From NCBI GenBank assembly GCA_051861545.1, contig JBIMKP010000004.1, positions 41,647 through 105,646 of the forward strand: a DNA stretch of 64,000 bases, read 5' to 3'. The notes under the pieces were generated by a model. It worked only from the letters and a program-made list of their open reading frames with translations. It had not been told where the DNA came from and searched no databases. Source of the DNA: Bacteroidia bacterium (lineage in GTDB: Bacteria > Bacteroidota > Bacteroidia > UKL13-3). Both the position numbers and the translations under genes were made by a program. Shown one piece after another: positions 1 to 10,812 of this stretch; within the stretch, counting starts at the first letter, position 1; every line of letters starts with the position of its first letter.

Positions 1-586
1 TATTACTGCTTAAAGCAGCTTCGAAATATTTTAAATTCTTGCTAGCAGTATAATGTTCGTCATCTTTACAAACGATTTTTGTATAAGAACCATCACCTTC
101 TAAATACAAGATTTTGTGATGTTCAATTAACCTAATTCCTTCTAATTGCGATATAGCTAACTTTTCGTGATGGGCTCTGCTAAATCTGTGTTTTAGTAAT
201 TGGTATTTTTCTAAATCTGCTAAATGATTCTTTTTACATCTTGCCACAGCTGAAACCAATAAATCGGCATCTACAGGCTTTAGTAAGTAATCAATAGCTT
301 CTAGTTTAAAAGCATTGATTGCATATTCACTATAAGCCGTTACAAAAATAATATCAAAAGTAACCTCCTCATCAACTAAAAAATCAAGCAATTGTAGTCC
401 ATTATGTCCAGGCATTTCAATATCTAAAAACACTAAATCTGGTTTGTATTGCTTTATAGCTTTAATTCCGCTTGCTAAATTATTGCATACGGCTTCAACT
501 TGCACATCCGGACATAAATCTTCAAGCATAGCCTGAAGCAATTGTCTGGCTTTATTTTCGTCATCAATAATTATAGTTCTTATCAT
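1..586 (-). CDS. LytTR/AlgR-family response regulator (3' end cut by window edge)
   Basis: Reverse-strand ATG at 584-586. Manual translation gives MIRTIIIDDENKARQLLQAMLEDLCPDVQVEAVCNN...DLVFLDIEMPGHNG (receiver domain), then ...HEKLAISQLEGIRLIEHHKILYLEGDGSYTKIV (LytTR-like). Lies directly downstream of the LytS-type kinase gene. Confidence 0.85.
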   Translation of the reverse strand, partial: MIRTIIIDDENKARQLLQAMLEDLCPDVQVEAVCNNLASGIKAIKQYKPDLVFLDIEMPGHNGLQLLDFLVDEEVTFDIIFVTAYSEYAINAFKLEAIDYLLKPVDADLLVSAVARCKKNHLADLEKYQLLKHRFSRAHHEKLAISQLEGIRLIEHHKILYLEGDGSYTKIVCKDDEHYTASKNLKYFEAALSSN

Positions 587-653
587 CGTCTCAAAATTAA
601 TTTGTAAAAAATCGGCAACTCAACTTATTTCACCAAATCCATATTTCAATTTA

Positions 654-3581
654 CTAAAATGTATCAATTGGAATAGTAAGTTTAACCGTTGTGCCCAGCG
701 ATTGACCAAATTCATCAACTTTGTCTAAATATTCAACAACCAGTTTATTGTTTTTATTCTGCATTAAAATTTCCAATCGTTTTTGGTTTGCACTTGTTGA
801 AAACGACTGATGAGATTCGCTTCTTGTAGCATTAATTTCAGCTGAACGTTTTCTTCCAATGCCATTATCATCTATTATTACTAATAAATTTGTATCAAAT
901 AAATCAAATTTAATAGTCAAATTCCTTCCATCATCTTTATGCAACAATCCGTGTTTAATGGCATTTTCTACATAAGGTTGTAATATCATAGAAGGCAATT
1001 TTATTTCAGCGGGATTTATATCTTTTGATACATCAATAAAGAAGTTAAAACTCTCTTCAAATCGCATTTTTTCTAATTCTAAATACAATTGCAAAGAACT
1101 TAATTCAATTTCAAGTGAAATGGTATCAGCATTACTCATTTCTAAAATCTTACGTGTTAAAGAAGAAAACTTAGCTAAAAAACGAGTTGCATTTTGTTTG
1201 TCATTTAAATAAATATAGGATTGAATTGTATTTAAAGCATTGAAAATAAAATGCGGGTTCATTTGAGCTTTAATTGAACTCAACATCGACTTCTGAAGGT
1301 TTGATTCTAATGCCAAGTTCTTTGAAAGCAAGGCGTTCTGGCGATTTATTTGTTTAATACGATAAGCATATAATAAGTAAAATCCTGCTCCAAAAGTAAC
1401 AATCAACAAAACATAAAACCACCATCGTTCCCAAATAGGTGGTGAAATATTAATCGAAATACTTTCAATATTAGATACAAATCCTGATGCACTTTCTGCT
1501 TTAAACTGAATAGTATACTTGTTGGGCGATAATGATAATAAATTTAATTCCCGACTTTCATTACCTATTGTAACCCAAGGGTCATTATTTAATTTATATG
1601 AAAAACTTATTTTATCATTTAAGTTTAACCAAGGGAAATCTAAAACTATTCGAATATTATTTTGCAATGCAGATAATTTAATTGCTTGCTCTAAGCTTAT
1701 TGGTGCATAATTGCAATACAACTGATTGACTTTTAATGTGACAGGCATTGAAAATGGTTCAACTCCATTTATAGGAAGCACTTTTACTAATTCACCTCCT
1801 AATAGGTAAATATTTTGATTATCAACCTCTATATCTTTGTATTCATCCAGACCATTTTGGCCTAATCCAGTAACAATTGAGTTTAATTTATTGCTATTAG
1901 GTTCGTAAACAAATGCTCCATTTTCCGATAAAATATAAAGGAATTTATTAATGTACTTTAAGCGAGTAACCGTATTTCCTATGAGCGTATGAAACTGTTG
2001 AAATGAAGTTAATTTCTCCTTCGATAATTTTAGAATTCCAAGATTTTCTGTAGAAATATACAAATCATCATTTATCCATTCTAAGTTAGTTGCTATTACA
2101 TTTTGGTTTTGATAGGATAGTATTTTCTCTGAAGATTTTGAAATTTGAAGTAAGCCTTTTGAACTACCAACATAAATAAGTTGTTGTTGAGAATTGTAAG
2201 TAACAGTAATGTTTCTCAGTCCCTCTGCTATTGAAATCAATCTATAAAAACGATAATTCAAGTTTTTTTCAATTAATCGCAGCTTGTTTTGCCATTTTTT
2301 CTCAAAGTCTGAATTTTCAAAACAAACAAGACCAACCAAACCAGATGCTGCTATTATATAGGTTCCATTATCAACTTTTTTAATTTCTTTAATTGCGGCA
2401 TCTATATATCCTAATTTTTTATCCTTTTGAAAAATAGATAATCTTCCGCTTGCAACCAGTAAACACTTGTTGGAAGAATCATACAACAAGGCGCTAACTT
2501 GCTGCTTAATTTGGGTATTTAAAACTGAATTAAATTGATTTTTATCTTTATCAAAATTATATAAAATACCCAGACTACCTCCAATTAAAACTTGTCCATT
2601 TTTTAATAAACATGAACGTGAAAACAACTCATTTTGCACCTTATATTGTAGTGCATATAAATGGGGGATATATAAAACTCCCTTTCCAATTGTTGTTACC
2701 CAATAAGCTCCATTTTTATCCTGACTTACACCAGAAATGCTATATCCTTTAAATAAAGGTTGACTTGATTGTTCTGACTCTAATTTGTTATTCAACAGGA
2801 ATGTACCATCAGTGGTATTTACCCAAATTAGTGAATCGTTTGTTACAGAAACAGTTTGTATAAACGCATTCCCAAATTCTTGTTTGAGTTCGATTTTTTT
2901 GTGAATTGGAAAAATTTGATAAAGAATGGCCTCGCTAGAAGGTTTTGGAAAACAGTAAATTTTGCCAGAAATAGTAAATGCAAACAACCTTGCTTTTGTT
3001 GGATTTTGTAAAAGATAATTGTTCATCATTGTAAGCCTTTCATTATCATATTTAAATAATCCATTATCGGTTGTTACCGCAAAATGATTTGAAAATAAAA
3101 ATGGAGTGGCAAATTGTTGTTCAATACCAAATTTACCTATCAGTTTAATATCGGAATTATAAACATATACAGAAGAGTCAATTGATATGTAAATTCTATC
3201 TTTTTTATCTATAACAATCGGCTTATAAAATCCAGCAGTTTTTATTTGTTGGGGATAATACAATGAATCTTTAAAAGCATAAAAATGCTGGCCAATAAAG
3301 TTTTGACACCAAATTCTGCCTAAGCCATCTAAATGCAAGTCGGATACAGATTGCCCCGTCATACCTGGATGAGTAAGTACTTTATAGGAGTGGCCATCAA
3401 ACCTTACCAATCCTTTTTCAGTACCAAACCACATATAACCTTCTTGGTCTTGTAAGCTTGTATAAACAGTATTACTTGGTAAGCCATCTTGTTTAGTTAG
3501 CTGCCTAAAAACAGGATGTTGTGCCATTATAGAATAACAATTCAAAAAGGCAAAAAAGAAGAGGAGTGAGGCTCTATTCAT
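654..3581 (-). CDS. Sensor histidine kinase: periplasmic two-component-regulator propeller / Y_Y_Y region, one TM, LytS-type His_kinase + HATPase
   Basis: Signal peptide; repeats such as GLPSNTVYTSLQDQEGYMWFGTEKGLVRFDG; TM segment WWFYVLLIVTFGAGFYLLYAY; H-box MNPHFIFNALNTIQ; ATPase motifs QPYVENAIKHGL and IIDDNGIG. Confidence 0.85.
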   Translation of the reverse strand: MNRASLLFFFAFLNCYSIMAQHPVFRQLTKQDGLPSNTVYTSLQDQEGYMWFGTEKGLVRFDGHSYKVLTHPGMTGQSVSDLHLDGLGRIWCQNFIGQHFYAFKDSLYYPQQIKTAGFYKPIVIDKKDRIYISIDSSVYVYNSDIKLIGKFGIEQQFATPFLFSNHFAVTTDNGLFKYDNERLTMMNNYLLQNPTKARLFAFTISGKIYCFPKPSSEAILYQIFPIHKKIELKQEFGNAFIQTVSVTNDSLIWVNTTDGTFLLNNKLESEQSSQPLFKGYSISGVSQDKNGAYWVTTIGKGVLYIPHLYALQYKVQNELFSRSCLLKNGQVLIGGSLGILYNFDKDKNQFNSVLNTQIKQQVSALLYDSSNKCLLVASGRLSIFQKDKKLGYIDAAIKEIKKVDNGTYIIAASGLVGLVCFENSDFEKKWQNKLRLIEKNLNYRFYRLISIAEGLRNITVTYNSQQQLIYVGSSKGLLQISKSSEKILSYQNQNVIATNLEWINDDLYISTENLGILKLSKEKLTSFQQFHTLIGNTVTRLKYINKFLYILSENGAFVYEPNSNKLNSIVTGLGQNGLDEYKDIEVDNQNIYLLGGELVKVLPINGVEPFSMPVTLKVNQLYCNYAPISLEQAIKLSALQNNIRIVLDFPWLNLNDKISFSYKLNNDPWVTIGNESRELNLLSLSPNKYTIQFKAESASGFVSNIESISINISPPIWERWWFYVLLIVTFGAGFYLLYAYRIKQINRQNALLSKNLALESNLQKSMLSSIKAQMNPHFIFNALNTIQSYIYLNDKQNATRFLAKFSSLTRKILEMSNADTISLEIELSSLQLYLELEKMRFEESFNFFIDVSKDINPAEIKLPSMILQPYVENAIKHGLLHKDDGRNLTIKFDLFDTNLLVIIDDNGIGRKRSAEINATRSESHQSFSTSANQKRLEILMQNKNNKLVVEYLDKVDEFGQSLGTTVKLTIPIDTF

Positions 3582-3707
3582 TACAACAAGTATACATGCT
3601 TTTAAGAAACATGTCTATCATTTTGCCAATTGAAATAATGATTTGGTAAAACGCTTTTGGCCACCAATTCTATTCTTTCAATTTTTGCTTCGAGAAATTT
3701 ATAGAAA

Positions 3708-6700
3708 ATGAAATATTTAAAATCAAACATGAACAGCCGGCTCAAAAAATTGAGTTTATTACTGTTATTTAATTTACTTATTGGCTTACAGCTAATAATG
3801 GCGCAAAATACGCCACAACTGGTTTACAGTAGCCAAATCTTTATTCCAAGTCAACCAACAGGATTTATTGGTTCTAGCATCACGCCTCTTGCAAGTAAAA
3901 CAGATGCACAAGGTAATACTTATGTTATTGGTTCATTTAAAGGTACTGTTGATTTAGATCCTGGAGTTGGAGTTGTAACTGCCACTTCTACGAATTCAGG
4001 CGGTTCACCGGCAACATATTTTCAAGCAACTTATTTGGTAAAGTTTAATAAGTTTGGTGAATATGTTTGGTCTAAAACACTCGCATCTGCTGCTGGTAGT
4101 CAAAACTGGCCTGAAGGTATAGATTTTACAGCTCAAGGAAAAATATTTGTTAGTGGCTTTTTTAATAATTCTATAACTGTTGGTACTACTACTTTAAATG
4201 GTATTGTTAGCTCAAGAGCACCATATTGCGCTTATATGATTCAGTTTAATACTGATGGAACAGTTCACTCATCAAATAAATTACAAGGTGCAGTTGTGTT
4301 TAGTGCACCAACTGTAAGTTATTTATTTACTAATATTGAATTACAAGCATCTAAAATTGATGAAGATGGTAACATACTTGTCGCAGGTATTGTTAGTGGT
4401 GATTTGGGCGGAAACGGAGTAGATCTTGAATTAAAAACCTCCACAGTTGTGAGTTATGTTAAAGGTGATTGTTTTATTGCAAAATATGATACTGGTTATA
4501 ATTTATTAGCTAGTAAAAAAATCTCTTTCTCAAATTCAAGTACTTTTAATATCGACCAAATTGTAAACAAAGACGATACATTTTTTGTACAAGGATATTC
4601 AAACCAATTAAATTTAAATTTTAATGGTATTGCATTTCCCCCTTCAATTCCAACAAATAATGGAAACTACTTTACTGCTGCTTATACCTCAAATAACCTT
4701 TCTTGTATTTGGGCATTTAAACTAGAAACAGAAAAACAAAAAATTAGAGTAAATCCAACTGGAGGATTAGCTTTTGCATGGCAGGCTAGTGGTTCGACTT
4801 TTGATATCGACCCAAGTTCAAATTCATTTTTATTAAATGGTGGAATGACTACTAATATTTTTATGTCGCATTTTGACACCAAAACTGGCGCTTTAATTAC
4901 AACAGGAAACAAGTCACCAAGAAGAATTAGTGATACTTTAATTAATACATCTTTATATTTAGGTGATTTTGGTTTTATGCCGACTGGTGCTTACTACATA
5001 AGTGGAAGCTTTGAATCTAGCACAAACAATATTGATATGGATCCAAGTTCAGGTGTTTATCATATCAGTTCAAAATCATTTTTCGCAAAAGACTGTTTCG
5101 TTGCAAAATATAATGCTAATAACAGCATTAATTTTGCTCAAGGAATTATATACCAAACTACCATTGATGAAGAGATAATTGGACTTGAAAGTATTGATAC
5201 GAGTACGTTTGTACTAACTGCGAAGTATACTGGAAATGGATTAAATTTAGATCCCAAAAATCATGCACCAAGTAATTCATTAGGCTCATATTATGCAGGT
5301 GTTTACGCAAAGTTTACTGGTGGTTTAAATAATTTAAATGTGAGTGTAAATAGTCCAGATACTGTTGAATCCTGCAAGTTATCTGCAACAATTACTGCAA
5401 CATCTAACAACAATAATTATTCTTATTTTTGGTATAAAAATGGAACTCTTATAGCAAATGAAATTAGTGCTACTATCAATAGAACAGATGCTGGAACTTT
5501 TCAATGTTTGGTTAGAAATAGTAACAGCCAACAATGGAGTAAAAAATTACTCTTTAATATTTTAACTAATTATACACTTAACTTTAATTATCCTTTAGAT
5601 GGAAGTTCAGCTAATACAACTTCGTTAAATAATAATGGAGTTGCTACAGCAGTAACTTATGGTAACGACAGATATGGCAGAGCAAATTCCGCTGCTAATT
5701 TTAATGGAACTTCATCTGAAATTGTAGTTTCAGGCTCTGTAATTAGTAGCAACAATTCAGGTGTTTCTATTTGGTTTAAAAGGGCAAATAGCAACCGTAG
5801 AGCAATGAGTTTAATAAGTTACCAAGTTGCAAGTCCTGGTGGCTGGAACCCTATTTTGTATTTAGATTCTACTGGACGTTTATCTGGACATATTTTATCA
5901 AGTGGTGGAACTCCAATTTATTCATCTGCCATAGTACTTGATACAAATTGGCATCATGCCGCTTGGACATTTGATGTTTCAAAGGGCAGACAAATAATTT
6001 ATTTAGATGGAAATGAAGTTGGTTCAAGAGCTTCTTCAAATATTGTACTTAATGGTTCAAACTTATTTAAAATTGGAAACGGATTTTTAACCCTCAATTT
6101 GCAAAATGTAAATGCAACAGGAAACAACAACTTTTTTGAAGGAAGTATTGATAATGTAAAAATTACTTCATCATTAAAACCTGGAAATATTATACAACTT
6201 TACAATGAAATTATTATAACAGCAAAATACCCTCCAATAACTTCAGGTTTAAATAATTTAGTTTGTGCTGGATTTCCAGTTACAACAACTATAGTTACTG
6301 GCAACAGTAATATTAATTACGAATGGTATTTTGGGAATGGTGTAGTTCAAGCTAATGATACAAACTTTATTGGTGTAGGAACAAATAGTTTTACTATTAA
6401 AAACATGCCAGCAGGAACTTTATCTGGACATTACGCTTTCTTGTCAGATAATTTTTGTAATAACTTATATTATGAAAGTTTTGGATTAAAAGGTGAAACT
6501 ACAAGCGCTATTTTAAGTCAGCCTAGTAACCAAACAGCCTGTTTAGGGGGTAAAGCAATTTTTGCAGTGAAAGTAAGTGCTGCAAAAAGTTATTTATGGA
6601 AAAGAAATGGAATTAATATTCCAAATTCAAACAACGATACCCTTTTGTTAAATAACATAACAAGTACTGATTTTACTAATTATACCTGCACAATAACAAG

Positions 6701-9700
6701 CTGTAGCGATAGTGTAGTTACCACAAATAGTGCAAACTTATCTCAACTTCAAATAGCTATTAATAGTCAACCCGTTTCACAATCTGCATGTTTAGGAAGT
6801 TCAGTAACTCTTAAAGTAGTAAGTAACAGTAATAATGTTAGTTACCAATGGAGAAAGAATGGAGTTGATTTGTTAAATGCAAACAAAGATTCCTTGGTTA
6901 TAAATCCTGTTCAGGCAAGTTCTTTTGGTGCTTATACAGTTTTCCTTGGAGGTTGTGCCAATTCATTAAACAGTGATACTGCCTATTTAACACAATCTCC
7001 TAGTTCTTCATTAAGCACTACTAGTTTAAGATTACATCTAAAATTTCAAGGTAATGCCTCTGATGCAACTGGTTTAAACAGTTCTGCTAGTTTCGGACCA
7101 ACTAGTTACGTAAATGATAGAAATAATGCAGCCTTAAGTGCCGCCGATTTTAACGGATTGACTTATATTAATGTTGCACATTCAAGTAATTTAGTATTTA
7201 GCAATACTATAAGTATTGCATTCTGGTTGAACCCAAAATCACATAATGGATGTAGATTTATCGATAAATCTGCAGGTAATACCAACAACTTTTTTGTTGA
7301 CCAAACCGGCACGTTTTTTAGAGCATTTATAGCTGGAAGATCTGTATTAGTTAGTGAGTTACCTGAGATAAACAAATGGACACATATATCGGTGACCTAT
7401 AACTCGGCAGGTTCATTAAAAGTGTACTATAATGGTATCTTAAAAGGAAGTACAGCCGGAAGTAATTCTAATTTAACTTCAAATACAAATCCATTATTAA
7501 TTGGAGCAGTTCAAGGAGCTACATGCAAAGCAGATGCTAGAATGGACGATGTTAGAATATATGGAATTGAATTAAGTAATGCAGAGCTTAATTCAATAAT
7601 GAATTCAGTTGAAGTAACTTATGCTAGTTCAGCTCAAGCAGTTTGTGAAGGCAATAGCTTTACTACAGAAGTAACAGCTGTTAACTCCGTTTTTCAATGG
7701 TATAAAAACGGTGTTATAATCCCCGGAGCTACCAATTCAACTTATACAAAAATCAATGCTTCAATTAGCGATTCTGGCACTTATAGCTGTGATGTATTTT
7801 CTCCAAATTGTCAAAAGCAAACAGTTGCAACAGGTAAGATTACTGTAAATCCAAAAGCAACTATTATTACAGAACCAAGTCATGCAAGTGCTTGTGTTAA
7901 TGGAAATGTTCAATTAAGTGTAGTAGCTCTTGGAGTTGGAAATACATATTCGTGGTTGAAAAATGGTGTTGTTTTAACAAATGGAGGAAATATATCTGGT
8001 GCTACAAGTAATTCTCTAAATATTGCTTTCTTATCCTCAAATGAAGTTGCTGCATACCTTTGTATTGTTGCAAATAGTTGTGGAATTGATACTTCTATTG
8101 TTGCAAACATCAGCTTAAATACTGCTTTACAAATCACACAGCAACCTGTAAGTCAAAATGCTTGTCAAAATGGAAATGCTCAATTTGTTGTAAAATCAAA
8201 CTTACAAAATGCGAATTATTCATGGCGCAAAAACGGAGTTGTTATTCCAAATAGTAATAATGATACTTTGTTTTTAAATAACTTAAGCAGTTCAAATGCT
8301 GGAAATTATCAAGTGTTTTTAAGCAGCAGTTGTGGAAACGATAGCTCATCAATTGTTAGTTTAACAATTAATGCAAATACCCAAATTACAAGTCAACCAT
8401 TAGGTAAAACAATTTGTGGCAATACTGGATTTACCTTATCAACAGTTGCTACAGGTACTAATTTAACTTATCTATGGAAACGTAATGGAATTAGTTTAAG
8501 TAATGAAACAAATAGTACATTAAGCAGAACTCAAACTACTTTAGCTGATTCAGGAAATTATACTGTTGATGTAAATGGAACTTGTGGAAATGTAACTTCA
8601 AATATTGCTCGTATTAACATTGCTAATTCAGTAAGTATAATTAGTCAACCAGATTCTGCTTTAAACGCTTGTCCAGCTGATAAAGGTTTAACAGCCAGAG
8701 TAATTGCTAATGGAAGTATTTTTGGTTACCAATGGCTTTTAAACAATGTTTCCATTTCAAATAATTCTCAAATAAGTGGTGCGAATAGTAACCAAATAAG
8801 TTTTGATGGAAATGCTATTTCAGCTGGGAATTTAGTTTGTAAAATATATGGTTCTTGTGATACTTTATCAAGTAATGCTGTAGTTTTAAGGTATTATGAA
8901 AACCCTGTTATTGTATCAAATCCTATTTCACAAAGTATTTGTGTTGGAGCAAATGCTAATTTTAAAGTAAAAGCCAATCATGCAATTTCATATAAATGGT
9001 TTTTAAATGGTACTTTAATTACAGATATTCCTAACAAGTTTATAGGGTCTGCAACCGATTCGTTTACTGCCTTAAACCTAACTACTATTGATTTTGGTGA
9101 TAATGATGCAACGGTAATGGTTCAAGCTTTGGGAGCTTGTGCAGGAAGTTTAGTGGAATCTAACATCGCTACTTTAACATTAAATTCAGGTATCAATATC
9201 ACAAAACAATCGGGTACTACTATCAGTACTTGTCAAAATTCAAGTTTGATTTTATTTGTTAATACAAATAGCAATGCAAATTATGTTTGGAAGAAAAATG
9301 GTGCAGTTTTAAACAACCAAACTAACGACACTTTACTCATTTCAAACGTAAGTAATTCTGATGCCGGAACATACAGCTGTGAGGCAACTAGTTTATGTGG
9401 TAATGTTACATCAAACAACATGGTAGTAACTGTAAATGAAGCATTACAACCTACAATCATTCAAACAGGAAACACACTAGCAACTCAGTTATTTGCAACT
9501 TATGAATGGCGCAAAAACGGAATTGTAATTCCTGGGGCCAATGCACAAACATATACAGCAACAGAAAACGGAATTTATAGTGTATTTGTAACTAATACAA
9601 CTGGATGTAATGAACTTTCTGCTAACTACAATTTAACTTCAGTAAGCATTAACGAATTGCAAAACCTAAGAAATCTAATTAAGGTTTATCCAAATCCTGC

Positions 9701-9908
9701 TAATGAGTTTATAAATGTAAATTCTGAATTTGAAGGCAGTGCAGAATGGACAATAGATGTTTTAGACATTAGAGGTGCAAAAATTGAAAGTACTAGTATG
9801 TTTAAAGAAACTACAATTTCAATTCAAAATCTTGCAAAAGGTGTTTACTTTATAAAGGCTAGCCATTCAAATGGACAAACAGCAATAATTAAATTCATAA
9901 AAGAGTAA
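3708..9908 (+). CDS. Giant secreted adhesin-like protein with a beta-propeller-like N-terminus, 2 LamG/concanavalin-like domains, ~12 Ig-like repeats and a T9SS C-terminal sorting domain
   Basis: Signal peptide MKYLK...LIMAQ. Recurrent ~85-aa repeat carrying Y.W(R/K)KNG...NSNNDTL.L.N....D.G.Y.C. Two regions with LamG-type wording (NFNGTSSEIVV...IDNVKI and DFNGLTYINV...MDDVRIYG). C-terminus KVYPNPANEFINV...GVYFIKASHSNGQTAIIKFIKE is typical of T9SS cargo. Confidence 0.8.
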   Translation: MKYLKSNMNSRLKKLSLLLLFNLLIGLQLIMAQNTPQLVYSSQIFIPSQPTGFIGSSITPLASKTDAQGNTYVIGSFKGTVDLDPGVGVVTATSTNSGGSPATYFQATYLVKFNKFGEYVWSKTLASAAGSQNWPEGIDFTAQGKIFVSGFFNNSITVGTTTLNGIVSSRAPYCAYMIQFNTDGTVHSSNKLQGAVVFSAPTVSYLFTNIELQASKIDEDGNILVAGIVSGDLGGNGVDLELKTSTVVSYVKGDCFIAKYDTGYNLLASKKISFSNSSTFNIDQIVNKDDTFFVQGYSNQLNLNFNGIAFPPSIPTNNGNYFTAAYTSNNLSCIWAFKLETEKQKIRVNPTGGLAFAWQASGSTFDIDPSSNSFLLNGGMTTNIFMSHFDTKTGALITTGNKSPRRISDTLINTSLYLGDFGFMPTGAYYISGSFESSTNNIDMDPSSGVYHISSKSFFAKDCFVAKYNANNSINFAQGIIYQTTIDEEIIGLESIDTSTFVLTAKYTGNGLNLDPKNHAPSNSLGSYYAGVYAKFTGGLNNLNVSVNSPDTVESCKLSATITATSNNNNYSYFWYKNGTLIANEISATINRTDAGTFQCLVRNSNSQQWSKKLLFNILTNYTLNFNYPLDGSSANTTSLNNNGVATAVTYGNDRYGRANSAANFNGTSSEIVVSGSVISSNNSGVSIWFKRANSNRRAMSLISYQVASPGGWNPILYLDSTGRLSGHILSSGGTPIYSSAIVLDTNWHHAAWTFDVSKGRQIIYLDGNEVGSRASSNIVLNGSNLFKIGNGFLTLNLQNVNATGNNNFFEGSIDNVKITSSLKPGNIIQLYNEIIITAKYPPITSGLNNLVCAGFPVTTTIVTGNSNINYEWYFGNGVVQANDTNFIGVGTNSFTIKNMPAGTLSGHYAFLSDNFCNNLYYESFGLKGETTSAILSQPSNQTACLGGKAIFAVKVSAAKSYLWKRNGINIPNSNNDTLLLNNITSTDFTNYTCTITSCSDSVVTTNSANLSQLQIAINSQPVSQSACLGSSVTLKVVSNSNNVSYQWRKNGVDLLNANKDSLVINPVQASSFGAYTVFLGGCANSLNSDTAYLTQSPSSSLSTTSLRLHLKFQGNASDATGLNSSASFGPTSYVNDRNNAALSAADFNGLTYINVAHSSNLVFSNTISIAFWLNPKSHNGCRFIDKSAGNTNNFFVDQTGTFFRAFIAGRSVLVSELPEINKWTHISVTYNSAGSLKVYYNGILKGSTAGSNSNLTSNTNPLLIGAVQGATCKADARMDDVRIYGIELSNAELNSIMNSVEVTYASSAQAVCEGNSFTTEVTAVNSVFQWYKNGVIIPGATNSTYTKINASISDSGTYSCDVFSPNCQKQTVATGKITVNPKATIITEPSHASACVNGNVQLSVVALGVGNTYSWLKNGVVLTNGGNISGATSNSLNIAFLSSNEVAAYLCIVANSCGIDTSIVANISLNTALQITQQPVSQNACQNGNAQFVVKSNLQNANYSWRKNGVVIPNSNNDTLFLNNLSSSNAGNYQVFLSSSCGNDSSSIVSLTINANTQITSQPLGKTICGNTGFTLSTVATGTNLTYLWKRNGISLSNETNSTLSRTQTTLADSGNYTVDVNGTCGNVTSNIARINIANSVSIISQPDSALNACPADKGLTARVIANGSIFGYQWLLNNVSISNNSQISGANSNQISFDGNAISAGNLVCKIYGSCDTLSSNAVVLRYYENPVIVSNPISQSICVGANANFKVKANHAISYKWFLNGTLITDIPNKFIGSATDSFTALNLTTIDFGDNDATVMVQALGACAGSLVESNIATLTLNSGINITKQSGTTISTCQNSSLILFVNTNSNANYVWKKNGAVLNNQTNDTLLISNVSNSDAGTYSCEATSLCGNVTSNNMVVTVNEALQPTIIQTGNTLATQLFATYEWRKNGIVIPGANAQTYTATENGIYSVFVTNTTGCNELSANYNLTSVSINELQNLRNLIKVYPNPANEFINVNSEFEGSAEWTIDVLDIRGAKIESTSMFKETTISIQNLAKGVYFIKASHSNGQTAIIKFIKE

Positions 9909-9925
9909 AATTCATTTATTAAAAG

Positions 9926-9955
9926 AAGCCCGCATTTTATGCGGGCTTTTTTTGT
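9926..9955 (+). terminator. Rho-independent terminator after the adhesin gene
   Basis: aagcccgcat-ttt-atgcgggctt stem followed by a T-run. Confidence 0.7.
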
Positions 9956-10064
9956 TTATAATGAGATATCACTTTAGAACTTGAGTTCTTTATTAAATAA
10001 AAAGTTTGATTTCAATTCATTTAAATCTATTTTGAATTTGTTTTCAATAGTTAATAATTAAAAT

Positions 10065-10457
10065 ATGGTAAAGTTTGGATACACAATTTTATATGTCAAT
10101 GATGTTTCGAAATCAGTAGAGTTTTATGAAAATTCATTTGGTTTCAATAGAAAATTCATCACTCCTGAAAATGATTATGGCGAACTTCTTAGTGGAGAAA
10201 CAACCATTTCATTTGCTTCAAAAAATCTAGCCAATTCAAATCTTAAAAAGGGATTTATTGAGAGTAATCTGAACCAAAATCCTTTTGCAATTGAAATTGG
10301 TTTAGTTACAGAAGATGTCCTGGAAACGGTATTAAATGCTCAAAAGTTTGGAGCCATTGTTTTGGAGGAACCAAAGGTTAAGCCATGGGGACAAACGGTT
10401 GCTTATATAAGAGATATTGATGGTTTTCTGATTGAAATCTGTACGCCAATTTCGTAG
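10065..10457 (+). CDS. VOC/glyoxalase-family protein
   Basis: 130 aa. N-terminal FGYTILYVNDVSKSVEFYENSFGF and C-terminal RDIDGFLIEI are typical of glyoxalase/bleomycin-resistance fold proteins. Confidence 0.75.
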   Translation: MVKFGYTILYVNDVSKSVEFYENSFGFNRKFITPENDYGELLSGETTISFASKNLANSNLKKGFIESNLNQNPFAIEIGLVTEDVLETVLNAQKFGAIVLEEPKVKPWGQTVAYIRDIDGFLIEICTPIS

Positions 10458-10459
10458 AG

Positions 10460-10738
10460 ATGAAGCTAGAAAAGTTTGAAACTTTACATCCAATTTCAGG
10501 TAAAATCAATAAGAAAATTGATGTAGAAAAGTATCAATATATCAAACAACATATTTTAGCCATTCTTTCAGAAAATACATTTACTCATACTGATTTAATG
10601 GAGGAACTTTATAAAAGAGTTCATCACGAATTTGATGGTGGAGTTCAATGGTATGGCGAAATTGTAAAGCTCGATTTAGAAGCAAGAAAATTGATTTTTA
10701 GAAAAAAGGAAAAGCCTGAAAAATATAGCTTATTATAA
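10460..10738 (+). CDS. Hypothetical small protein, likely co-transcribed with the VOC gene
   Basis: 92-aa ORF starting 2 nt after the upstream stop. No motif recognised. Confidence 0.45.
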   Translation: MKLEKFETLHPISGKINKKIDVEKYQYIKQHILAILSENTFTHTDLMEELYKRVHHEFDGGVQWYGEIVKLDLEARKLIFRKKEKPEKYSLL

Positions 10739-10812
10739 ATGCTTTAGTTTGGCTATTATGTTTTAGAAATAAAATTAAATCCTCTATAATTACCAATTCA
10801 AAAAAAATCATT

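Noticed and set aside
4682-8137. Minus-strand ORFs inside the adhesin gene (4682..4912, 7163..7375, 7910..8137)
   Set aside because: These are shadow ORFs opposite a 6.2-kb gene with a coherent domain structure.
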